Notes under the pieces: generated by a model
What the model saw: only the letters and a program-made list of their open reading frames with translations
Database searches by the model: none
What the model was told of the DNA's origin: nothing
In this document: positions 19,310-28,240 of the stretch, one piece after another
Layout: each line of letters opens with the position of its first letter
Position numbering within the stretch: the first letter of the stretch is position 1
Assembly: GCA_965215365.1 (NCBI GenBank)
Contig: CBDCDS010000003.1
Location: 2,560,001 to 2,624,000, forward strand
Origin: Gammaproteobacteria bacterium
GTDB taxonomy: Bacteria; Pseudomonadota; Gammaproteobacteria; Eutrophobiales; Eutrophobiaceae
Length of the DNA: 64,000 bases
Direction: 5' to 3'
Translations under genes and position numbers: made by a program

Positions 19310-21628
19310 ATGTCAGCAGACCGGACTCCAAGACTAGAGCGCAAGCTCATCTACTGGTCGGTGCAGGTGTTCATCATTCTGTACCTGACGGTGGCCGCCA
19401 TTATCATCTACAAGGAAACCCTGGATTTCAATGCCGACACCGAATTTTATTCAGCCATTATCTCCGCGGAAGTCAGGGCTGATTTTCTGGAAAATATCCG
19501 CAAGTTCGAAAATTATGTCAAGCGCCGGGTAACGGATTTCCAGTTGTCGGCACTGGCGGCTGACCCTGCCGGAATGCTTGCCGGCTTGGCCCCGCAGGTG
19601 CCGCCGGGACTAGATTGGCTAGTCATGTCGCAAGAGACGCGCACCGACATCCGGGTGACCCGCTACCATGCCACAAGCCAGACCTTGGCACCGGCCAGCC
19701 GCACTGAGCCGGCCGACGCAATGTTGACGCAGACGCTGCAACGCAGGTTTTTTGACGGTGGCCTGAACGACGGCTGGGGCGCGCCGCTGTTGGGGAACGA
19801 TGCCAACTGGCTCTTGCCTTATGCCGTGAAACTGGACGGGTTGCGGTTGTTGATCATGCTGACGCCGCTGGAATTTTTTTTCAGCGGCACTACGGTCTGT
19901 TATGAGCAGGATGAGTTGCAGCGGTTATTGGCGACAGACCCTGACCCGGCCGCCGCGGACAATGTGTCCACGCCGCGCCTCGCAGCCGTGCGCAGCCTCT
20001 ATGCCGACTCCGCCGGCACCTCGGGAGCTTCGCTCGGGCACTGCCTTAACGTTATCGAAAAAGACGTTGTTATGGAGTTCATGCCGGCGGTGAAGTGGTA
20101 TGACCTGCTGTCGCTACCGGACTTTATCAGGACTTACTACCACACCGCAGTGCCCGGTCTGGTGCTTGGTATTGAGTACGACACCGCCGATTTGTATGAC
20201 GAGCTGCGAACTTACCTGCTCTGGGTGATGGCGCTGCTGCTCTGTGTGTTTGGCCTGATTATGCTGGTTATCCGGCGGCTGGCCAGGAAAATCCTGCGTT
20301 CGCTCATCGAGCTGCTTGCCACGGCCAGGGAAATCAGCGAAGGACACCTGGAGACGCGCCTGCCCGAGCGCCAGGATTACCTGGAGCTGGCGCAGTTCGC
20401 CCGGCTGGTCAACAACCTGATTGAACGCTTGCAAGTACAGGTGGAGCGGTTGCACCGGGAAACCATGAAATCCGCGGCGCTGGATAATGAGCTTGCCATC
20501 GCCGGCCGGATCCAGCAAGAGCTGGTGACACAATACGACCTTGAAGAGCTCAATAACCGTTTCAGTTGCGATATCGGCGCCTTCCTGGCGCCGGCCAAAC
20601 AAGTCGCCGGTGACTTTTACTGTCTGGCGCCGCGCCCGGACGGTAAATTGCTGTTTGCCATCGGTGACGTCTCCGGCAAGGGCATTGCCGCAGCTATCGT
20701 TGCCCGGGACTGTGTCAATCTGCTTATGACCAACGGCAAGCGCCTGGGTCTGGCCGACCTGTTGCAGGTTACCAACACCACCTTGTACGAACGCTTTGCC
20801 AGCCAGTCCATGTTTGCCACCTTGTATTGTTGTCTGCTCGACCCCAGGCGTGGTCTGCTGGAACACGCTGACGCCGGCCACGAAAACCCCCTGCTGTACC
20901 AAAAGCGCGACGCCGCCATTGGTCGCTTGCCCGTGGCGCGTAATATCGCACTCGGCTTTTTGCCCGATGCAATCTATGAGACCAGTGCGCAACAGCTGGC
21001 CGCAGACCATTGCCTGTTGCTTTATTCAGATGGTCTGGACGGCGGCCTGGAACAGATACGCGCGTCACGCGGGCTGCCGCTGGGTGTTACGCTGCTCACC
21101 AACGCGGCGCTGAAAAACGTGGAGATGCAAACGCTGTTGCAGTGTGTTTACAAGCAGGCGCTGGAATTGCAGGATAACCGCGCCTATGATGACATCACTA
21201 TGGTCGGCGTGTCCATGCAGCAACGCGGTTATAAATCCTTTCAGCTGCCGCCGGGGCCGGAGGCGGCCGGCACCGCCATTGTGCGCTTGCGTGAGCTGTG
21301 CGCGACACGCGCGCTGTCCGCCGAATGCAGTAACCGGCTCTGTGTCATACTGGATGAATGGGTGAGTAACCTGGTGCGCTATGCCGAGGTTGACAGCGAT
21401 ATTATCGTATCCTGGCTGGTTGCGGAGACCGAGGTTGTGCTGGAAATTGTCGCACGCTGTAATAACATTCTGAACCCGCTGCAACAGCCGCAGCCGGAGG
21501 TGGAGGCGCGCTTGCAGTCCGAGGCAGTCGGTGGTTTTGGTCTGCATATCATTCGCAAGCTGGCGAGCGAACTGGTTTTTGACGTAACTGAACGCTGGAC
21601 CAGGCTGGAGGCGCGGGTCGCACCATGA
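19310..21628 (+). CDS. Membrane sensor: HAMP + PP2C (SpoIIE/RsbU) phosphatase + RsbW-like HATPase domain
   Basis: Two TM segments, HAMP, VAGDFY/IGDVSGKG/YSDGL/YDDIT PP2C motifs, C-terminal LDEWVSNLVRYA and GGFGLHII; start chosen after sctD stop. Confidence 0.85.
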   Translation: MSADRTPRLERKLIYWSVQVFIILYLTVAAIIIYKETLDFNADTEFYSAIISAEVRADFLENIRKFENYVKRRVTDFQLSALAADPAGMLAGLAPQVPPGLDWLVMSQETRTDIRVTRYHATSQTLAPASRTEPADAMLTQTLQRRFFDGGLNDGWGAPLLGNDANWLLPYAVKLDGLRLLIMLTPLEFFFSGTTVCYEQDELQRLLATDPDPAAADNVSTPRLAAVRSLYADSAGTSGASLGHCLNVIEKDVVMEFMPAVKWYDLLSLPDFIRTYYHTAVPGLVLGIEYDTADLYDELRTYLLWVMALLLCVFGLIMLVIRRLARKILRSLIELLATAREISEGHLETRLPERQDYLELAQFARLVNNLIERLQVQVERLHRETMKSAALDNELAIAGRIQQELVTQYDLEELNNRFSCDIGAFLAPAKQVAGDFYCLAPRPDGKLLFAIGDVSGKGIAAAIVARDCVNLLMTNGKRLGLADLLQVTNTTLYERFASQSMFATLYCCLLDPRRGLLEHADAGHENPLLYQKRDAAIGRLPVARNIALGFLPDAIYETSAQQLAADHCLLLYSDGLDGGLEQIRASRGLPLGVTLLTNAALKNVEMQTLLQCVYKQALELQDNRAYDDITMVGVSMQQRGYKSFQLPPGPEAAGTAIVRLRELCATRALSAECSNRLCVILDEWVSNLVRYAEVDSDIIVSWLVAETEVVLEIVARCNNILNPLQQPQPEVEARLQSEAVGGFGLHIIRKLASELVFDVTERWTRLEARVAP

Positions 21629-21634
21629 ACTCTC

Positions 21635-22957
21635 ATGCGTTATAACCTTGCCTACATTACCGATACGATTCAGAAAGTGACGCAGGAAGCCCGCTTGTTT
21701 CAGCTGCATGGCAAGGTCACCAAAGTCACCGGCACCTTGATCCGGGCGAGTGTGCCGAATGCGCAAATCGGCGAACTCAGCGTGTTGCACAGCCCCAATT
21801 CGAGCGTCGATGTGCCGGCGGAAGTGGTCGGGTTTGACGGACGCGAAGCCATACTCAGCCCGGTCGGCAGTATGCTGGGTGTCTCCAACGCCACGCTGGT
21901 GTCGCTGACCGGGACTGTGCAGAGTGTGCCGGTGGGTCCGCAGTTATTGGGCAAGGTACTGGACGGCCTGGGTAATCCCATCGGTGCCCCGCCCATCAAG
22001 ACCAACATCTGCTACCCGGTGATGGCACCGCCGCCGGACCCGATGAGGCGCAAAATCATTGACAAGCCGGTCACCACCGGGCTGCGCGCGCTGGACAGTT
22101 GCATCACCCTGGGCGAAGGGCAGCGTATGGGTATTTTCGCCGCCGCCGGGGTGGGCAAGAGTACCTTGTTGTCAATGCTGGTGCGGCATACCGACACCGA
22201 GGTCGTGGTGCTGGCGCTGATCGGCGAGCGCGGCCGGGAAGTGCGCGAGTTTATTGAACATGACATCGGCACCGAAGGGTTGCAACGTTCGGTGCTGGTC
22301 GTCGCCACTTCGGATAAAAATTCCTTAGAACGCCTGAAGGCTGCCTACGTGGCCACGGCCATTGCCGAATATTTCCGCGATCAGGGTAAGCGCGTGCTGC
22401 TGCTGATGGATTCCGTGACCCGTTTTGCCCGCGCCCAGCGCGAGATCGGACTGGCCATCGGTGAGCCGCCCACCCGGCGTGGTTTTCCGCCGTCGGTGTT
22501 CAGCGAGTTGCCGAAACTGCTGGAGCGGGCCGGTAATTCCGACAAAGGCTCCATCACTGCGCTTTATACGGTGCTGGTGGAAGGCGATGACATGACCGAG
22601 CCCGTCGCCGATGAGACCCGCTCGATTCTCGATGGTCACATCATCCTGTCCCGGCAACTGGCTGAATCCGGCCATTACCCCGCCATCGACGTCACCGCCA
22701 GTGTCAGTCGCGTGATGCCGGCTATCACCGACCCGGAACACCAGCGTTTGAACCTGCGCATGCGCGAATTGTTGACCAAACGCAAGGAAGTGGACCTGCT
22801 GGTTAAGGTGGGCGAGTATAAGTCCGGGGCGGATAAACTGGCGGATGAAGCCATCGCCAAAAACGATCAGCTGGTTAAGTTTCTGCGCCAGCAGCGCGAT
22901 GACGTGGCGCCTATGGACGCGGCGCTGGAGCGCTTGCGCGCCATTATTGACGGTTGA
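21635..22957 (+). CDS. sctN: T3SS ATPase SctN (YscN/FliI)
   Basis: [18 protein letters not shown] Walker [22 protein letters not shown]. Confidence 0.97.
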   Translation: MRYNLAYITDTIQKVTQEARLFQLHGKVTKVTGTLIRASVPNAQIGELSVLHSPNSSVDVPAEVVGFDGREAILSPVGSMLGVSNATLVSLTGTVQSVPVGPQLLGKVLDGLGNPIGAPPIKTNICYPVMAPPPDPMRRKIIDKPVTTGLRALDSCITLGEGQRMGIFAAAGVGKSTLLSMLVRHTDTEVVVLALIGERGREVREFIEHDIGTEGLQRSVLVVATSDKNSLERLKAAYVATAIAEYFRDQGKRVLLLMDSVTRFARAQREIGLAIGEPPTRRGFPPSVFSELPKLLERAGNSDKGSITALYTVLVEGDDMTEPVADETRSILDGHIILSRQLAESGHYPAIDVTASVSRVMPAITDPEHQRLNLRMRELLTKRKEVDLLVKVGEYKSGADKLADEAIAKNDQLVKFLRQQRDDVAPMDAALERLRAIIDG

Positions 22958-23438
22958 TGCTGCCGTGGTGCTGGAACAGATTCTAGGCATTAAACAACGC
23001 CGTGCAGACGCGACCGTCAGGACCGAACTGCAATCCAGGCTGGAGCTGGAGCAGGCCGCCGGCGCGCTGCGCGCCGAGCAGCAACGCAAGCAGGAGTACC
23101 AGGACTGGTCGGTCGGCGAGCGCCGGCGTCTGTACACGGAGTTGCAGGAGCACGGCGCCGTGACGTACAACGAGCTGATGCAGTGGAACGCGCAAGTGGC
23201 CGACATCAAACAGGGACTGCTGGATATTGAGGCCGGTATCATGCGGCTGGAGCAGGAGCGTCAGCAAAAAATGGACGCGCACCAGACGGCGCTGACGGCC
23301 AGACACGAGGCCCGCCGGCAGGTACTGAAATTTACCGAGCTGGTGGACGCGCAACGGTTCGACGCCCTGCTCGCGCGGCAGGCCCGCGAAGAAAAGGAAC
23401 TGGAAGATTTTCGACGCCCTGAGTCTCATAGCTATTGA
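22947..23438 (+). CDS. sctO: T3SS stalk protein SctO (YscO), start uncertain
   Basis: Coiled coil directly after sctN ending KFTELV...EEKELEDF; last codons overlap IS-end scar. Confidence 0.75.
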   Translation: MTVDAAVVLEQILGIKQRRADATVRTELQSRLELEQAAGALRAEQQRKQEYQDWSVGERRRLYTELQEHGAVTYNELMQWNAQVADIKQGLLDIEAGIMRLEQERQQKMDAHQTALTARHEARRQVLKFTELVDAQRFDALLARQAREEKELEDFRRPESHSY

Positions 23439-23447
23439 ACCTGGACA
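23419..23447 (+). mobile_element. Isolated right-end scar of the IS481-family element
   Basis: CTGAGTCTCATAGCTATTGAACCTGGACA vs IS end CTGAGTCTCATATGTATTGAACCTGGACA (27/29). Confidence 0.85.
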
Positions 23448-23452
23448 CACTG

Positions 23453-23481
23453 TTGACAACCACTCGGATTTGTTGTACTAT
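23453..23481 (+). promoter_or_regulatory. Sigma70 promoter of sterol operon
   Basis: TTGACA-N17-TACTAT, 45 bp before first sterol gene. Confidence 0.75.
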
Positions 23482-23526
23482 CGCCTCGGTCTCAATTAAC
23501 AAAACAGTCAGAAGCGAACTCCTAAC

Positions 23527-24627
23527 GTGCCCACCGAAACATCAACCGCCTCAGCTGCGCCGCCGGTTTTCCTCACCGGCGCGGCCGGTCATGTCGGCGC
23601 CAACCTGTTGCGACGCTTGCTTGATGATGGCGTGCGCGTGCGGGTATTGCTGCGCCATGAGGACAATAACGAGGGCCTGGAAGGTCTTGACGTTGAACGC
23701 GTGTACGGCGATATCCGTAATCTCGATGAGACCCGGCGCGCGCTGGAGGGTTGTCAGGGTGTTTACCACGTTGCCGCCAAAATTTCGACCATTGAAGGCA
23801 ATCTGGCGCACCGCCGGGAAATATACGAGTGCAATGTGATCGGTACCCGCAACGTGCTGCAGGCGGCACGCGAAACTGAAGCCGGCCGGGTGGTAGTAAC
23901 CGGCTCGTTCAGCGCCGTGGGATACGATCTGGACAACCCGTCCGCACCCGCGCACGAAAACATGCAGTTCTACCCCATGGAGCGCACCATGCCTTACGAG
24001 CGCAGCAAGTCATTGGTGGAGCATGAGTGCTGGCGCGCCGCGGCCAGGGGCCAGGATGTGGTCGTCGCCACCTGTTGCGCAGTAGTTGGCGGCGCGGATT
24101 TCTTCCCGTCGCGCCTGGGCCGCACCTTGTGCGACTATTCCCACGGCAAACTGCGCGCGTATATCGAGGGCGGTTTCGAGTTTGTCGCAGCCAGAGACAT
24201 CGTAGCAGGGCATGTGTTGTGCATGCACAAAGGACGCTCCGGAGAAAAGTATATCTTCAGCAGCGAATACAAGACCATCTCCGAGATCGTGGCCATGTTC
24301 GAAGAGGTGTCGGGCGTGCCGCAACCCGCGCGCCGGATTCCGTCGCCGGTGATGCTGGTCTTCTCAGAGGTGGCCAGCTTTTACCTGAGTCGCGCGCACC
24401 CGGACTTCCCCCAGCGCTTTACGCCCGGCGCCATCCGCCTGCTGCGTAAGCGCCTGCATGCCAATACCAGCAAGGCCCGACAGGAATTGGGCTACCAGCC
24501 CACCAGCATCCGGGATGCCATGCACGAGGCCTACGCGTTTCATTATCACCAGCGCAAGGTGATTACCAATCCCGCGGCGCGACCGCCGCGCGCCAACGGC
24601 GCGGAATCGACGCATGGGGCGCAATAG
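23527..24627 (+). CDS. NAD(P)-dependent SDR/3-beta-HSD family, SdmB-like sterol C-4 decarboxylase/reductase
   Basis: TGAAGHVG Rossmann motif, YERSK catalytic YxxxK; adjacent to Rieske oxygenase in sterol cluster. Confidence 0.7.
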   Translation: MPTETSTASAAPPVFLTGAAGHVGANLLRRLLDDGVRVRVLLRHEDNNEGLEGLDVERVYGDIRNLDETRRALEGCQGVYHVAAKISTIEGNLAHRREIYECNVIGTRNVLQAARETEAGRVVVTGSFSAVGYDLDNPSAPAHENMQFYPMERTMPYERSKSLVEHECWRAAARGQDVVVATCCAVVGGADFFPSRLGRTLCDYSHGKLRAYIEGGFEFVAARDIVAGHVLCMHKGRSGEKYIFSSEYKTISEIVAMFEEVSGVPQPARRIPSPVMLVFSEVASFYLSRAHPDFPQRFTPGAIRLLRKRLHANTSKARQELGYQPTSIRDAMHEAYAFHYHQRKVITNPAARPPRANGAESTHGAQ

Positions 24628-24669
24628 GGCGGGTGTGCCATTCATTATCAATGCGCTTGAGAGGACAAT

Positions 24670-25812
24670 ATGATAAGCTTGGAAAACACACAAGTCACCG
24701 CTGTTGACGACTCCATGCCGGCATCGGAGGCGCCGCCTGGCTTCGCTGACGGCGGCACCCTGCGACAACAATCACGCGCGGCAGGGATGGACCCGGATTA
24801 CTGGTACGCGGTGGAAGAGGTGCGTAATGTCAAGCCGGGGCAGGTCGTGGAAGTCGTCTTCTGGAAACGTTCCATCGCTCTGTTTCGTACCGACGAAGGT
24901 TCATTTCACGCAGTTGAGAACCGCTGCATTCATCGCCAGCTGAAGCTGTCCCTAGGCAATGTGGAAGGTTGTCGGCTGGTATGCGCCTATCATGGCTGGC
25001 AGTATGATAAAAACGGCCGTTGTGTCGAAACCACGCACAACCGCTTCGGCAAAGAGCTCCCGGAACTTGGATTGAAGACCTACCCGGTGCAGGTGCGTTA
25101 TGGCCTGGTATGGTTGTTTCCGGGCGACCCGGCACAGGCGCAGCAACGCCAAATCCCGGAAATTCCTGAGCTGGAAGGGCCCGATCGCTGGGCCTGTGAG
25201 CCGCTGGTTCTCAATTTTTCGGCGCACCACTCGATGGTCATCGACAATGTCAGCGACTTTACCCACGCTTGGCTGCATCGCCGCTACAAGCCGTTTGAAC
25301 AAGGCGCAGTACTCACCGAGCACGAGGTCGTCGGCGACAATGTGCACCTGTCTTACGACACCAAGGTCGGACGCGGGCGCATCTCCGGACTGTTTGTCGA
25401 TCATGAGCGCCTCAATACCAACCACATGAAGCTGTGCTACCAGTACCCCTACCAGTGGTCCAACACCGATGACGAGATCAAACACTGGTTATTCGTACTG
25501 CCGATCGACGAGCGCACCACCCGCTCTTTCTTCCTGTTTTACTTCAAGTCGCTGAAAATTCCATTGCTGCCGATACGCATCCCCCGGATTGCCATGGAGG
25601 CGGTGATAAAGATCTCAAACCGCATACTGATCGGCCCCCTGCTGGACCAGGACCGGGTGGCGGTGGAGGCCGAACAGGAAGGTTATGACAGCCACTGGCA
25701 CGCCCGTTCCGTCGAGTATAACCCGGTGGTGCAATCGTTCCAGCGTGTGACCGTACGCAAGTGGCGAGAATACCTGGAGCGGACCTCGAGCAACGGCAGT
25801 GCTGATGCCTGA
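24670..25812 (+). CDS. Rieske oxygenase, SdmA-like sterol C-4 methyl oxidase
   Basis: CIH...CAYHGW Rieske motif, DNVSDFTHAWLH mononuclear-iron motif, GAGGA RBS; context. Confidence 0.75.
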   Translation: MISLENTQVTAVDDSMPASEAPPGFADGGTLRQQSRAAGMDPDYWYAVEEVRNVKPGQVVEVVFWKRSIALFRTDEGSFHAVENRCIHRQLKLSLGNVEGCRLVCAYHGWQYDKNGRCVETTHNRFGKELPELGLKTYPVQVRYGLVWLFPGDPAQAQQRQIPEIPELEGPDRWACEPLVLNFSAHHSMVIDNVSDFTHAWLHRRYKPFEQGAVLTEHEVVGDNVHLSYDTKVGRGRISGLFVDHERLNTNHMKLCYQYPYQWSNTDDEIKHWLFVLPIDERTTRSFFLFYFKSLKIPLLPIRIPRIAMEAVIKISNRILIGPLLDQDRVAVEAEQEGYDSHWHARSVEYNPVVQSFQRVTVRKWREYLERTSSNGSADA

Positions 25813-26878
25813 GGCGTTCTCGACACTGTCAGGCGGCGACCTGGTGGCGGCAGCGCTGATGCTGTTGGCGTTCGTCGGCTTGTTGTTCCTAGGTTCAATA
25901 CTACTGCCGGGGGCGCAGGTGGAAGGTCGCCAAAGCAATTACCAGCTGAACGGACTGGTCCTGTTCCTACTGAGCCTGCTTGTGGTCGCGATGGCTCAGG
26001 TTTTCGGCTGGTTTTCCCTGACCATACTGCATACCCACTTTGTTGAGTTGTTCATTGTAGCCAATATCTTTGCTTTTGCCGTTTCCGGCTGGCTGTACCT
26101 GCGCGGCGCCAGCGCGGCGGACCGGCCGGCGGGGTTTTTACGTGGGTTTTTCTTTGGCCGGGAACAGGACCCGGCCTGCTTCGGGGTGGACCTGAAACTG
26201 TTCAGCTACCGCCCTTCCCTGATCGGGCTGGCGCTGCTCAACCTGTCGTTTGCGGTCGTGCAGTATGAAACTTATGGGACGCTGACTCCGGCCATGGCGT
26301 TGTATCAGGCATTTACCTTGCTGTATATATTCAACTACTTTCAGTTTGAACACGGCATGATATACACTTGGGATATCATCAGCGAGCGGCTTGGCTGGAT
26401 GCTGGTCTGGGGCGACTATGTGTTGGTGCCATTTTTCTATTGCATCGCCGGCTGGTGGCTCATCGACGCGCCGGCGGCGCTGTTGTCTCCGGCCGCTGCG
26501 GCCGGAATTGTCGCGTTGTTCCTGTTCGGATTCTGGCTGTTCCGCGGTGCCAACGAGCAAAAACATCGGTTCAAGCAGGACTCCGCTACCAAAATCTGGG
26601 GCAAGCCGGCGCAGACGCTGGACGGACGCTTGCTGGTGTCCGGTTTCTGGGGCATCGGACGGCATCTGAACTACACCGGCGAGATCTGCGTGTATCTGGC
26701 GTTTGCGCTCACTACCGGGTTCGTATCTTGGATACCGTTCCTGTTGCCGCTGTGGCTGGCCTGTCTGCTGGTGCACCGGGCCTGGCGCGATGAACAGCGC
26801 TGCCACGCCAAGTACGGGGAGCTGTGGGGGCGCTACAAGCAGCGCGCCCGTTTTTCCATGGTGCCATTTGTGTATTAA
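25805..26878 (+). CDS. ERG4/ERG24-family sterol reductase (likely Delta14-reductase)
   Basis: DLKLF, WDIISERLGWMLVWGD, LLVSGFWGIGRHLNYTGE, HRAWRDEQRCHAKYG. Confidence 0.9.
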   Translation: MPEAFSTLSGGDLVAAALMLLAFVGLLFLGSILLPGAQVEGRQSNYQLNGLVLFLLSLLVVAMAQVFGWFSLTILHTHFVELFIVANIFAFAVSGWLYLRGASAADRPAGFLRGFFFGREQDPACFGVDLKLFSYRPSLIGLALLNLSFAVVQYETYGTLTPAMALYQAFTLLYIFNYFQFEHGMIYTWDIISERLGWMLVWGDYVLVPFFYCIAGWWLIDAPAALLSPAAAAGIVALFLFGFWLFRGANEQKHRFKQDSATKIWGKPAQTLDGRLLVSGFWGIGRHLNYTGEICVYLAFALTTGFVSWIPFLLPLWLACLLVHRAWRDEQRCHAKYGELWGRYKQRARFSMVPFVY

Positions 26879-26881
26879 CCG

Positions 26882-28240
26882 ATGAGCAACGTCCCCGCCC
26901 CTCAACTGTCCGGTAGCTGGCCGTTGCTCGGTCACCTGCCAGAGTTCTACCGGGAGCCGACGGTCATGCTGAGTCGGGCCTGGGGTGAGCATGGTGAACT
27001 GGCGCACTTTCGCTTAGGTCCGCGCGCGTTCGTCCTGTTTACAGGGCCTAAAGCGCATGACCATTACTTCCGCGCGCCCGAGGAGCAGCTCGACCCTAGG
27101 GTAGTGTACCAATTCACCGTACCCATCTTCGGGCGCGGCGTAGCCTACGATGTTGCGCCCGAGCTCATGTCCGAACAAATCGGCTTCCTGTCCCCGTTAT
27201 TGCGGGAAGCGTCCATGCGCAACTATATCAACATCATGTTTGACGAGGCGCGCGCCTTCGCGTCCGCCCTCGGCACAGAGGGCATTATTGATCTGCCGCA
27301 CGCGCTCAATGAACTGACCGTCAAAATTGCCAGCCGTTGTCTGCTTGGCGAGGAGGTGCGGGCGCAGGTGGATACAGGTTTTGCCGAGACCTACCACGAG
27401 CTGCAGAGCGGCATTAATGTGCTGGGCTTCTTCTTCCCCAAGGCGCCGATAGCGGCGCACCGGCGACGCGATCGGGCGCGGCGTGAAATAGCCAACACTT
27501 TTAGCGGGATTATGGCTGCGCGCAGACGTTCCGGCGCCACGCCGGAGGATTTCATGCAAGCGCTGATGCAAGCGCGTTACAAGAGTGGGCGCGCCTTGAG
27601 TGATGAAGAGATTACCGGCATTTTGCTTACGGTGTTGTTTGCCGGCCAGCACACCAGCGCCGTGCTCGGAGCCTGGACCGGCCTAGAATTAATGCGCGCG
27701 CCGGACTATCTGCAGCAGGTCCGGGACGAGTTGCAGGAAGTCTATACTTCGACCGGCGAGATGAGCCTTGACAGTCTGAAAAAACAGCCCAAACTGGAAA
27801 ACGCGGTGCGCGAGTGCGAACGGCTGCACCCGCCGCTGATCATATTGATCCGTAAAGTGTTGCAACCTATGCACTATGCCGGTCAGAGCGTGCCGGCCGG
27901 CACGCTGGCCATGGTGTCGCCAGCCGTTTCGCACCGGTTGCCACATGTGTTTCCCAACCCGGAACGCTTTGCCCCGGAGCGCTTTGCGCCCCCGTCAAGC
28001 GAACACAAACAGCACCACTACGCCTTGATTGGCTTTGGCGGCGGCAAACATCGTTGCGTGGGGGAACATTTTGCTTATATGCAACTCAAGGCGCTTTGGA
28101 GCGTGCTGTTGGACCGCTTCGATTTCCAGCTGGAAGGCGCTTTTCCCGCCCCCAACTACCGTAGTTGGGTCACCGGGCCCGTGGAACCTTGCCGGGTACG
28201 TTACCAACGCCGCGCGCAAACAAGCGTTTTCCGTCAATGA
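26882..28240 (+). CDS. cyp51: Sterol 14-alpha-demethylase CYP51
   Basis: YQFTVPIFGRGVAYD, LFAGQHTS I-helix signature, ExxR, FGGGKHRCVG heme motif. Confidence 0.93.
   Translation: MSNVPAPQLSGSWPLLGHLPEFYREPTVMLSRAWGEHGELAHFRLGPRAFVLFTGPKAHDHYFRAPEEQLDPRVVYQFTVPIFGRGVAYDVAPELMSEQIGFLSPLLREASMRNYINIMFDEARAFASALGTEGIIDLPHALNELTVKIASRCLLGEEVRAQVDTGFAETYHELQSGINVLGFFFPKAPIAAHRRRDRARREIANTFSGIMAARRRSGATPEDFMQALMQARYKSGRALSDEEITGILLTVLFAGQHTSAVLGAWTGLELMRAPDYLQQVRDELQEVYTSTGEMSLDSLKKQPKLENAVRECERLHPPLIILIRKVLQPMHYAGQSVPAGTLAMVSPAVSHRLPHVFPNPERFAPERFAPPSSEHKQHHYALIGFGGGKHRCVGEHFAYMQLKALWSVLLDRFDFQLEGAFPAPNYRSWVTGPVEPCRVRYQRRAQTSVFRQ

Noticed and set aside
16525-22957. Flagellar export genes (flhB/fliI)
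   Set aside because: Secretin, SctD, translocators and SycD chaperones show a non-flagellar T3SS.
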